From positions 57,548,464 through 57,612,463 of the forward strand of contig NC_043011.1 in the NCBI RefSeq assembly GCF_006345805.1: a DNA stretch of 64,000 nt. Direction: 5' to 3'. The notes below the pieces were generated by a model. It saw nothing but the letters and a program-made list of their open reading frames with translations, was not told the DNA's origin and ran no database searches. This document shows, piece by piece, positions 52,938 through 64,000 of the stretch. How positions within the stretch are numbered: the first letter of the stretch is position 1; each line of letters begins with the position of its first letter. Source of the DNA: Octopus sinensis. Lineage: Eukaryota. The translations under genes were made by a program, and so were the position numbers.

Positions 52938-54470
52938 GTATATATGTATGTATATAATGCATATATATATACATACATATGTATGTATACACACATACAT
53001 GTATGTATACACCAGTTTTCTAATGCTTCTGCAACGCCACTGAAATTACGAGAGAGTTAATACTAATATCAATAATACACAAATAAATAATTAAATGGTT
53101 ATCGTAAGATGACAATGATGAGTGTGTGTGTGTGTGTGTGTGTTTGTGTGTGTGCATGCGTGTGTGTTTGTGTGTGTGTGTGTGCGTGTGACAAGATTGT
53201 GAATAAAATATAGGAACATACAAAAAGAAAAAAAAAACATGGGAAAATATCGAAATAGAGTAACAACTGGAATAGTAGCAATATGAAGGAACCGAGATGT
53301 GTTTATGTATGTATGTATGTACGTATGTATGTATGTATGTATTTATGTATGTATTTATGTATGTATGTATGTATGTATATATATATATATTTCTATATAT
53401 GTTTATATATATATATATTATATATATATATATATATACTATTATATATATATATATGTATATATAAATGTAATTACGTATGTATTGTGTATGTTTTTCT
53501 GCATTTGTGAATACGTGTATGTTGTTGGTTTTATTTTTCCAATTTCTCACCAATGGACAAAAAAAAAAAACCCCAAAAAAAACCCCCAAAAAACAGAAAC
53601 GGATCGATTCAATAAAAGAAAAAAATACTCACTGGAATTTAGAAAATATCAAACAGGGTGGCCTTGTATTTATGTATGTATGAATGTATGTATGTATGTA
53701 TGTATGTATGTATGTATGTATGTATGTATGTATATGTATGTATGTATGCATGCATGTATGTATGTATGTATGTATGTGTATGTATGCATGCATGTATGCA
53801 TGTATGTGTATGTATGCATGTATGTATGTATGTATGTATGTATGTATGTATGTATGAATGTATGTATGTATGTATGTATGTATGAATGTATGTATGTATG
53901 TATGCATGCATGTAGTATGTATTGTATGTATGTGTATGTATGCATGCATGTATGCATGTATGTTATGTATGCATGTATGTATGTATGTATGTATGTATGT
54001 ATGTATGTATGTATGAATGTATGTATGTATGTATGTATGTATGTATGAATGTATGTATGTATGTATGCATGCATGTATGTATGTATGTATGTATGTGTAT
54101 GTATGCATGCATGTATGCATGTATGTGTATGTATGCATGTATGTATGTATGTTGTATGTATGTGTATGTATGCATGTATGTATGTATATATATATATATA
54201 TATCGTTTTTCTATTTGGTGTGCAAGATTCATGTGAATTCGTGTGTTGAAGCATGTATATGTATATATGCATACAAGATTACATTTATGCATATACATAC
54301 ATAAATACATACATATATATATATATATACACATATATATCTATTTATAATATATATATATATATATCTATTTATATATATATATATATATCTTTAATTA
54401 TAATACATGTATATGCACATATCCAGACGCACACACACACATATGCATATGTATGCGTATAGGATTATAG
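52600..54470. repeat. (TACA)n/(ATGT)n/(TA)n compound microsatellite field
   Basis: Direct reading; source of the 249-aa MYV-rich ORF. Confidence 0.95.
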
Positions 54471-55106
54471 GAGAATGTGTATTAATAAAGAAGAGTGTAA
54501 CCATTACGGCACTTCGGAATCATTATATTGTTATTCCTTTAACTGTTGTTGTTGTCGTTCTTGCGTTTCTGCATACTTGGCGCCATACATCATTGGCAGG
54601 AATAGAAAGTGTCTGGTTCTTTTCTTATTGTAATAAGAACATCCGTTTGTTTGCCAACTTGTTGTTTGTGTAGGTGTAAATGTGTTGTGGCTGTTGTTGT
54701 CGTCGTTGGTGGTGGTGGTGGTGGTGGTGCTTAAGCCTGATGTAACAACTCAGCCCTCGTGTAGCAAGCAGAGAGAATTGATCGAAAATCGTTTCAAGCT
54801 TGTCCTTCCAGTCTTGTTTGTAGAGAATATACTTTGAATTAATTTCACTAATGTGTATCGCTTTTTGTAACACTGTTATTGCGATTGCATGGAGGTTGGA
54901 ATCTTATTTCTCACAGACGGAGCGAAGATTTAGCGGAAGCGTCGATAATACCACATTAATCAGTCTGTACACATCTTAAGTATTACGAAACTGGTCTGAC
55001 TGGTAGAGAACCAGACAATAATATTTGGTAGTATGGAATTTCGATCTGTTATGTTCTGACTTCGATATATCTTTCTTGAAGTCCTTTATAATTTCCCGTA
55101 CATAAA

Positions 55107-55270
55107 GGCGCAGGAATGGCTGTGTGGTAAGTCGCTTGCATGCCAACCACATGGTTCCGGGTTCAGTCCCACTGTGTGGCACCTTGGACAAGTGTTTTCT
55201 TCTATAGCTTCGGGCTGACCAAAGCCTTTGTGAGTGGATTTGGTAGAAAGGAACTGAAAGAAGCCTGTCG
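55107..55270 (+). mobile_element. SINE family B 5' half
   Basis: GGCGCAGGAATGGCTGTGTGGTAAG...GGTTCAGTCCC...GAACTGAAAGAAGCCTGTCG. Confidence 0.9.
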
Positions 55271-55278
55271 AATACATA

Positions 55279-55309
<31 letters not shown>

Positions 55310-55310
55310 A

Positions 55311-55352
<42 letters not shown>

Positions 55353-55452
55353 ATCTATCTAAACTATCTATCTTTCTCTCTCTCTCACCTCTCATCTCTC
55401 TCTCTCTCTAATTTTTATATTTATATATATATTATATATATTCAACCTAAAT

Positions 55453-55495
<43 letters not shown>

Positions 55496-55531
55496 TATAT
55501 ATATTCACCCTAAATTTAAATATATATAATA

Positions 55532-55918
55532 CTAGCAGTATCGCCGGCGTTGCTCAGGTTTGTAAGGGAAAATAACTATAAAGCATTTTTAGAGAGTTAT
55601 AGCCAAAAAATAGCCAAAAAATGGAAAAAAAATGATGGTAAATTTTTTTTTGAGAGTAAAAAGGTTGAGTTGCGTCCCCTAGACAGTCTGTGGTTGTTTT
55701 TTTTTATTCTCGACCCCATGTCGAATTTATCGATTTTTTCAGAACTGGGGGGGGAACTTTTCAAAATTTTCGCTGCGTTAGTTTTGAATTATGACATTGG
55801 GCTATGTGTGTGTCAAGTTTCATCAGAATCGGTTGAAAGCCGTGGTCAGGGTGAGGGTACGAGAAAAACAGACACACAGAAACACGCACAGACAAACTGC
55901 CGTTTATATAGAGAGAGA
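55532..55918 (-). mobile_element. non-autonomous Helitron
   Basis: CTAG end at 55532-55535 with hairpin; shares ~130 bp of 3' sequence with 7362-7758; 5' TC(TCTCTCTATATAAA) near 55918. Confidence 0.85.
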
Positions 55919-56438
55919 TATATATATATTTATTTATATACTATATTATATATTTATATATATCTTAAGGCAGGATGTATGTGTGTGTACGTGATTGTAG
56001 TTTATGCACATCCACAAATTAGCACGCATGTCGCTCAAATTTTAGGAAGACATTCGTCACGATCTAGCTGTATTTTCGTCAAATTATTTCCCCCCGAGGC
56101 AGCCGCAAATAGCGGTAAATAATTTTGAGCCATAACTTCAATTTTCACGGCGGAGAAATCCACTGTGGTGACGCTATTATTGTTTACAAAGCATGAGCTA
56201 AGTCCACTTCTAGTCACGGTGTAAAGAGAGGGAGGGAGAGGTAGAGAGAAAAAGAGAGATAACAGATTTTTAAAATTTCTTTTTAGTGAGTGATGACAGA
56301 TAAAAACAGACAGACACGTGTTGTTATGTATGTATGTATGTGTGAATGGCTTCAGTCACACACACAACATACACACTACCATGTATGCGTAAAAAACACA
56401 TGCATACAATGTGTGTGTTTAGCCATATGTATATATAT

Positions 56439-56491
<53 letters not shown>

Positions 56492-56512
56492 TATATACAT
56501 ATATACACTATA

Positions 56513-56849
56513 TCTCTCTATATATAAAGCTGAAGTTGTCTGAGTAGTGCAGGTTTGGTAGCCTTCAACTGTCTCCTCCGAGACATTGCGGCGCAAGTTG
56601 AAAGTATGATAGAAGAAGGCTTGTTCTTCCTTCCGTAGAAGAAAAAATTCAAATCGGACCATGTTAACACCAAAAATTATTTCCATAAAACAGGTGCTTT
56701 TTTTCTATGAAAATCCCTATTTTTTACGATGTTTTGACTGCTGTGTCACCATTTTTTGGTGTATTTCAACCAGAAAAATGTTCACTTAAAGAGAATAACA
56801 ATTCTAAAGGGTCGAAACAAACCCGAGCAACGCCGGTCGATACTGATAG
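56513..56849 (+). mobile_element. non-autonomous Helitron (3' CTAG mutated to ATAG)
   Basis: 5' A|TCTCTCTATATATAAAG; 3' CAAACCCGAGCAACGCCGGTCGATACTGATAG|T. Confidence 0.8.
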
Positions 56850-56874
56850 TATATATATATATATATATATATAT

Positions 56875-57035
56875 GTTCGTGTGTCTGTGTCGCTTGACAA
56901 CCGATGCTGCTGTGTTTACGTCCCCGTCACTTAGCGGTTTGGCAAGAGAGCGCGATAGAATAAGTCCTGGGGTCGATTTGATCGACTAAAGGCGATGCTC
57001 CAGCATGGCCGCACTCAAATGACTGAAACAAGTAG
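56875..57035 (+). mobile_element. SINE family B 3' half
   Basis: CGCTTGACAACCGATGCTG...CCAGCATGGCCGCA...GACTGAAACAAGTAG. Confidence 0.85.
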
Positions 57036-57529
57036 AAGATTAAACATTTAGGGAAAATACCTCTGGAGAAGGATCGAGTGTGTTTTTACTTACTGCTGGT
57101 GGTTTGTATATTTAAGGAGCTCGCTTTGCTACGGTGAGGTTTCTGGTTCAATATAGCTACACAGCATCTTGGGCCAATGTCTTCTACTCTAGCACAGGGA
57201 ACCCCCAATGCCTTGGGAGTGAATTTGTTTGGCTGAAACTCCGTGGAAACCGGTCGTATATAAATACGTGTGTGTTTTTGTGTGGATGTTTGTGCGTATG
57301 TTTGTTCCCACCTTCCCTGCTTGATAATCGGGGCTGGTAACTTAACATCCTAACAAATAAACCCGATAGAATAAATGCCGGACTTAAGTACTGTGGTTGA
57401 TTTGTACGATAAAGCCCTTCAACGCTGTACTCCAGCATGGCCGCAGTACAATTACCGAAACCATTGAAAGATAATAGAAGAAATACTTTCACTTAATGGA
57501 ATGTTTTCGTCTTCTTCTATTGTCCCTAA

Positions 57530-57890
57530 CTAAGTGAAAATTTAGAGGATTCGTGATAGCATCACATACTGCGTCTTGTACTATTTGGTGCATTTGTATG
57601 TAGAATAAGATAAAACCTTGGCGAGGTCGTGTTTTCTCGTCATTCATTAAGGGGTCAATAAATAACTCTTTGTAATTCTCGCCCTCGGGCAGCAATTTTG
57701 ATGGGAGGGGTTTACTCGTTTACATCGATTCCACTGCTCAACTTGTATTTCCTTTTATCGACCCCGAAACGATGAAAGGCAAACGTCGACCCCAGCTGTA
57801 TTTGAACTCAGAACTTAAAGACCAGAAGAAATGCTGTAAAGCCTTTTCTCCGACTCAAGACAGATTCCGCCAGTTTCGCACCTTCAAGGG
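57530..57890. repeat. second copy of the 51270-51520 segment plus an old family A SINE
   Basis: See 51270-51520. Confidence 0.75.
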
Positions 57891-58130
57891 CCCTTTATGT
57901 CAGACCAGTACTGTTGTACTGTGGCTAATTCTTCTCTTTCACATTCTGTCTGTGAAAGAAATGGGGTCGGTCTATATGTGGAAGGTAATGGCCCACAGTC
58001 AGTTTATAATGACCAGGGTGTGCCGCATGTTTTCGACAAGGTCCCTAGGTATCCATCAGAAACTGAAGCTGATCAAAGAAAACTTTACATGCGTGAGAGA
58101 TACCACAGTTCGATATTTCGCTCTTGGTAA
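57890..58130 (+). mobile_element. possible CR1-like LINE RT 3' remnant
   Basis: ALYVRPVLLYC and VYMWKV motifs in different frames resemble CR1-group C-terminal motifs (VRP.LEYC; IYMWK). Confidence 0.3.
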
Positions 58131-58741
58131 TAGATGTATCAACCATGGAATCGATCTATCCTAGTACACTTCATTGTCAAACTTTAGGTATTGTGACGAC
58201 GTATGGCACTAACAAGAATATACGAGTTGATCTCAGGAATTAGTTGTCTCAGTCATTAACCATATTATGTGAGGAGCGGCACAGAGTTTCTATGAGAATC
58301 ACAGTTTTGTCAATGCTATTATAGATCTTTGATATTGCTCTTATTCAGCTACAAGCCAGTCCTGGCCAAATAAGTTGATCAAACCAATCCAGCCATTAAT
58401 ATCTCATCGTTTTGTATGTATTTTATTTCCTGCTTTAAGTATCTCCGAATCCGTCCAGTGCTTTCTTTACTCTTTTAAGACGGTGCGGTCCGATTTGAGC
58501 GAATTTTTACTGTTATTTCTAGTACAGTTCAACGATCAAGTAGATGTTCGCTGAAGGAAATGATGGTAATTAAGCAAAATTAATTTCGATTGGTTACACC
58601 ATTAATTACTGGGACCTTATGCTCCGCGAACTTAGCTCTCAAGGTTATCGAAGCAAAGAAACCATCGTACCGCAACAAGGACTTCACCTTGTGCTGGAAG
58701 ATTAAATTTTGGATGATTTAACGTTAATCCACCGATATATT

Positions 58742-58960
58742 TATTTCTTTATTGCCCACAGTGGGGCAATAAACATAGAGGGGACAAACAAGGACAGAGA
58801 AAGATTGCGTCAATCCCAGTCAGTGCGTAATTAGTACTTATTTAATCGACCCCGAAAAGATGAAGGGCAAAGTCGACCTCGGTGGAATTTGAACTCAGAA
58901 CGTAACGGCAGACCAAATACTGCCCAGCATTTTCACCTGGCGTGTTAACGATTCTGCCAA
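58742..58960 (-). mobile_element. SINE family A with 11-bp TSD ACCGATATATT
   Basis: TSD copies at 58731-58741 and 58965-58975. Confidence 0.9.
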
Positions 58961-58989
58961 ATCTACCGATATATTAATTACAGATATAT

Positions 58990-59221
58990 GTTTCTTTATT
59001 ACCCGCAAGGGACTAAACATAGAGGGGACAAACAAGGACAGACAAAGGGATTAATTCGATTACATCGACCCCAGAGCGTAACTGGTACTTAATTTATCGA
59101 CCCCGAAAAGATGAAAGGCAAAGTCGACCTCGGCGGAATTTGAACTCAGAACGTAACGGCAGACGAAATACGGCTACGCATTTCGCCCGGCGTGCTAACG
59201 GGTCTGCCAGCTCGCCGCCTT
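58990..59221 (-). mobile_element. SINE family A with ~19-bp TSD
   Basis: CGATATATTAATTACAGAT (58967-58985) vs CGATATACATTAATTACAGAT (59224-59244). Confidence 0.9.
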
Positions 59222-59642
59222 TACGATATACATTAATTACAGATTTATGTGAATTAGTGTGTTGCAGCGTATATCGTAAAAGTAAATGTTTTTTATTTCA
59301 TACATTTTACCGCATTCCAGCTCCGTTCTTATTTGCTCTGAAGGGTTATCAACAGACATGGAGAGAGTTCGAACTTAGGACATTGAAGAATTACTTTGAA
59401 TTAAAGCTTTTAAGAGATATTAGTCTACTTCTCAGCCTCCTCGCCCACACTTTTCTCGGTCTCCATCTTTGTTAATTATGCGATATATTTGAATTTGTCT
59501 GCTGCGTCTGTAGCTATCTTGCATGAAATGAAGAAATGTAAAATTAATTCTTTTGAAGAAATACTTTTATTTCATACACAATATTTCCTAAGAAATCAAA
59601 GCATTACAGAGAACTCAACGAAATAATGATAATGATAATGAT

Positions 59643-59724
<82 letters not shown>

Positions 59725-61929
59725 TAGCAAGGACAACAATGATAAAAAATATATGAGAGAGAGCTTATTTTGTGTATGAGTTTTAACTTGCATATATTAA
59801 AGAAAATTATGAGCTATTTGCTTTATCCAGCAAAAACATCTGGCAATTAAAAGAAACATGAGTGAAAAAAAGAATAAATCTGTGATTAGAAATATAGATG
59901 GAGTCTATAAAGAATTGTAAGAGGGGAATGATGAAGAATAAAAATAAAAAAAAATATTTCTGATATTCTTGATTTTTTTCGCATCAAAGTAAAATTAGAA
60001 AAATAACAATGATATATATATTGCTTTTTTTAAAACATTTACTTGTAATTCGTTCTGTTACGTAATGAACACCATTCGCGTTTAAGCATAGATTTCATCA
60101 TTCCTGTAAACAAATACGGAAGAAATGAGGTGTTGACAAGACCGAGCATACTCTGAGTTTTCTTCGTAAAAAATGAATTGAATGTCAGTCCTTACCTAAT
60201 TATGTATATATTTTCCTCTCAGGATATTTCACATTGGTTAGATTTCCAATGTTTCTTTTATTAAATATGATATTATTGACATGTTTATGCATATATTTTT
60301 TTCGTACAGGTGATGTAAATTTAGGTATTGGTGAACCAATATGTTCACAAGTTCCATAGTAAAATTCTGTTCTGGTGGTGCGAAGCCTGGCGTTTTCATA
60401 TTTCCAAAGAATTAATTTGTTTCTTTTTTCTTCCTCTTTGACATCCTTAATTATTACAAAATAGAACGTTGCCTATCAACTTCTTAAAGAAACCGATTCT
60501 AGCAGGACTCTGTATCAAAGTCGCAATGACTGAATATTATTAAAGTTCGATCTTGTGACTCAGAGACCAGTTGTCCAGTAAACGCAGAACACTTGCCTTT
60601 CGGGTACTTCGGCATTTTTCATTGATAATTCTCACATAGAGACACCGTAAAACAATATTTTCTTCATATTTCCACAAGAAGAATATCCCGAACGATATTT
60701 CTTTGATGCCTAACAATCGTTAAAGAAGATCATTAAGGAATTTATCGGACATATTTGCCAGAAATATAGGACGAATCAATAAAATGTAGAACCTTGCAAT
60801 AATTATTAAGATGAAAAACCCTAATGGCGCAATGACGTAATAAGTATAAAAGGAGGAGGAACGAAACGTGAATATTGATAGATATAAACATTGCGTCTTT
60901 GAACAATGCAACTTTGAAGAATGTATGCAATGTAAGATCTTAGAAAACTACAAAGAAATTGCACATTGTATGCGTCTTTATAGTTTATAGATCTTGGAAT
61001 CTGTGATTTGAAAAGTACGGCTGTTGATAATAGTAACAATAACACTTGGTTTATTTGGCCATTGGTGTATAAGAAAGAAGAATGCTGAAAATAATGGAAT
61101 ATTGTGAAATTACTTAGCAACTGAAAGTTTAAACAATACAAAAGATTTTCCTTAATATTCCTGCCTTCCTCCTCCTCCTCCTTCTCCTCCTCTTCTATAG
61201 AATTTTATCAATACGATAGTCTGATATACAATATTGTTGAGTTTTGAATTCACGTTTATTGAAATTTACTTCTATTTTATCGGTTTACTCAGTGCTTCAA
61301 GTCGATTCGAGCGCCCTTTTTGTTATTTATTTTATGCTTTGTACGAATGCAATAAATGTTATTGCGGTATGTTTCGTAACTCAGAGTATTTCTTCGTCTC
61401 TTTGTACCTTAATGTATATTTATGTTTATATGTATGGTATATTTATGTGTACGGTATATCATATTACTGGATGTGCTATGTTATTGCTACTGTGCGCTTG
61501 TGTGCATGTGTGTGTTTCATTATTGAATCAAATATTTAGCCATGTCTGGTATTCCAAAGTGTTTTTGGTAAGAAAAGAGATGGTCGCTTTGGAAGGTCAT
61601 AAACATTTCTTTGCTCTTTGCGGCGCTTCATTTAGAAAATTCCAAGTTCTAGAATAATTGTTCGGTTTAGTAACAATACGGACGAAGTATATTTGGAATT
61701 ATGTGAATTCTTGATGGAATTATTGCGAGTAATGTTCACTCGGATGATCTGAAGCATAACACTTTCTAGAACGTTCGTGAATGTAAAGATAACAGTGATA
61801 GATCAGTGGAATACTGTTTCGTTTGGGAATTTCGTGGGAGATTTAAAAATTGTTATAACGTTTTTCAGTTCCGAATTACCATAGATTTTCAATGATCATA
61901 GAATATATGTTTTTAACGATTTTGAACGA

Positions 61930-62460
61930 AAAATGTCTTGAGGTCACCGAAGAATGAGGAACTACAAAGAAGGAAAATAAGGAGTTTGCAAAGCCAAAAG
62001 ATGCCGATTGGCAGAAAGCTTCAAGGACCGAATATCATAATAGCTATTAAAAAAAGCTATTAGAATAAAATGACTTATGACTAACAGGAAGATCAAAAGA
62101 GAAACTATTTACTTGGGAAGAGAAGCAGATGACATGTTTAAAGCTGTTTGAAGAGGGTTCCAGACTAGAAATTTCATCAGAGCAATAACCTTGGAAATTG
62201 GGGGAAGACGTGATAAATATAGATTTCGACGACGAGTCAAAGGTTTGAACCCGGTGAAAAGAAGACGAACTACCATTTGAACAACTTGATTCTGAATTCT
62301 ATCCAGAGGCTCAGACGAGGCAGCAGTCCAGAGATGGCGGTAATATTCAATTTTGCCGAGGTCGAATGCTCGGCAAAAGAAATTAATGAGACATCAAACT
62401 TCCTTGGCAGCGGTCATGGCAGTGAACCGAAATAATTCCGTCATATTCTACAAGTTTCAG
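61930..62460 (-). mobile_element. CR1/Jockey-group LINE 3' remnant
   Basis: Minus strand LDRIQNQVVQMV...KPLTRRRN, then after a frameshift FQGYCSDEISSL...SHKSFYSNSFF. This fits the LDRIQ...PL.HRR...GYCS.EL...YS.SFF pattern. Confidence 0.7.
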
Positions 62461-63545
62461 GCATGTTTTTCTCCTCCTTCTCCTCATCTTCTGCATTATC
62501 ATCAATGTCACCGTCCCCTCGATATCGAATTGCGTTCTTCCGTGCAAGTATCACACTAAGTATACAGCATCTGTCATCCAATCAATTGTACATTCATATC
62601 ACATGTCCGTACCAGTACAATCAACCTTGTTTGCATATATTAACCGGATATATTTCCTTTCTCTCTCTCTCTCTCCCCTACACACACACACACACAAACA
62701 CAATATCTTTCTCCATGCTTATTGTTTTTCCGTTTTTCTGCTTTTCGTGCATGTTAGCGCTGCTATTTAGAATCAAAAGACTGCTGGGACTCCTCCATTG
62801 TCGTTTCGTAATGCGTTAGCAGCTACGTCCCCCATATATTCTTTTGTCCGAAGAACACTAACCTTACAAACTGAACGGTAGACAATAGCAAATGTCTCTC
62901 ATTCACATTAAGATATTGCACTGATTGGCATTAAAACTAATAAGGTCCTTTCACAGAAAACATAATTAAACACACTGAAAATACAGGAGACGCTCGGTGT
63001 AATTTAACTACTTTCTCTTTTTTTCATTTCCATCAGTGATTTCCAGCAACGATTTCCAACAAGGAAACGTAAGAATCTTTAGAAGTCGTTTCAGAAATAA
63101 TTTTTATTGTAATTTTACATCATTTTGCGGTAAATATTATAACTTCTACTATTGCGACTATTGCAACTAATAGATAGTAACATGTATGTATCCATGTAGA
63201 ATACATAAATAAAACAAGTGAAAAAGAAAATAAATTAATAATTACATGGGGAAAAAAACATGGGGAAAAAAACTAAATGTACTAACGTCAATAACGTTTT
63301 GATTTAAACATAAATTTTATGGGAATTAACATTTCGGAAGTTAAAATGGAATATCGAAGACAAAGCATCTTACACTGACCTTTAAGTACAAATGCTATAT
63401 ATTTGGTCACTGCCAAGACAGTTTGTCACTATTAATAATCCTTGATGCTGTTATCAATACACAGCATAATCACAAACAGCTCATACACATGCAATGCATA
63501 TACATACATATATATATATATATTCATCTGAATCTAATTTTGCTG

Positions 63546-63655
<110 letters not shown>

Positions 63656-63817
63656 GTATGTATCAGCTTTACCACATAATTAAAAGGAGACTAAATGTAT
63701 TTTTTTTGCATGTAGATATGTTAAATTATCTCAACTTGTTCATATCGAAATGGAAATTTTGCAGTAATAAACCTAAGATTTATATATTTGGTTTTTGCTT
63801 TGCTAACATTTTCTTAC

Positions 63818-64000
63818 GATGGTGGTTGTGTAAAACAGAAATGGGGGTGCTTGTGTCCATTCTGCAACTGTTGCTGGTACAATTCCGTTCTGTTGGAAAA
63901 TGTTATTAATAAAAGCCATGCAAATCGATGATGAAAGCGTTCTTGGGATTACTTGTAGCTGTCCTCCTGCACCTCCTGCCGCTGCTGCTGCTGCTGCTCC
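63818..64000 (-). other. candidate exon running off the window end, with GTAAGA donor at 63817
   Basis: One frame is open across all 183 nt (GAAAAAAAGGAGGQLQVIPRTLSSSICMAFINNIFQQNGIVPATVAEWTQAPPFLFYTTTI|). Alternatively ATG at 63860 in good context (AGAATGG) gives MDTSTPISVLHNHH. Confidence 0.25.

Noticed and set aside
57897-58130. 77-aa ORF as a host protein
   Set aside because: Neighbouring frames carry CR1-like motifs, so a decayed LINE is the likelier source.
60833-60852. TGACGTAA next to TATAAAAG as a promoter
   Set aside because: Motif-only evidence in AT-rich DNA, with no downstream exon identified.
63928-64000. Plus-strand MMKAFLGLLVAVLLHLLPLLLLLL, which looks like a signal peptide
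   Set aside because: The poly-Leu comes from a (CTG)n repeat and the frame is truncated at the window edge; no support.

Overview
Eukaryotic, AT-rich, repeat-saturated intronic or intergenic DNA. The SINE families and microsatellite load point to an octopus/coleoid cephalopod; this is recognition from memory, not a database search. No complete protein-coding gene is supportable, and nearly all ORFs in the track are translated microsatellites. The window holds several tRNA-derived SINE families, three non-autonomous Helitrons, R4/Dong-clade and CR1/Jockey/RTE-type LINE remnants, a 359-bp foldback palindrome, a ~1.76-kb tandem duplication and a weak LTR/PBS candidate. The most striking unannotated signal is a set of minimal Penelope-type type-I hammerhead ribozymes (CUGAnGA...GAAA...UH, palindromic stem III) from at least four unrelated sequence families. 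Cores are intact at 27755-27800, 33385-33448 (duplicated at 35145-35208) and 43337-43374, and mutated at 14444-14479, 33129-33195, 34890-34956, 38694-38739 and ~38993-39020. One family joins a Pol III tRNA-like head and an (AAT)n spacer to a hammerhead-bearing Penelope-like tail, and also occurs as a head-to-head inverted dimer. It is a candidate SINE-like element mobilised by Penelope machinery. Two weak minus-strand exon candidates (63818-64000, 51986-52144) may belong to a host transcript.
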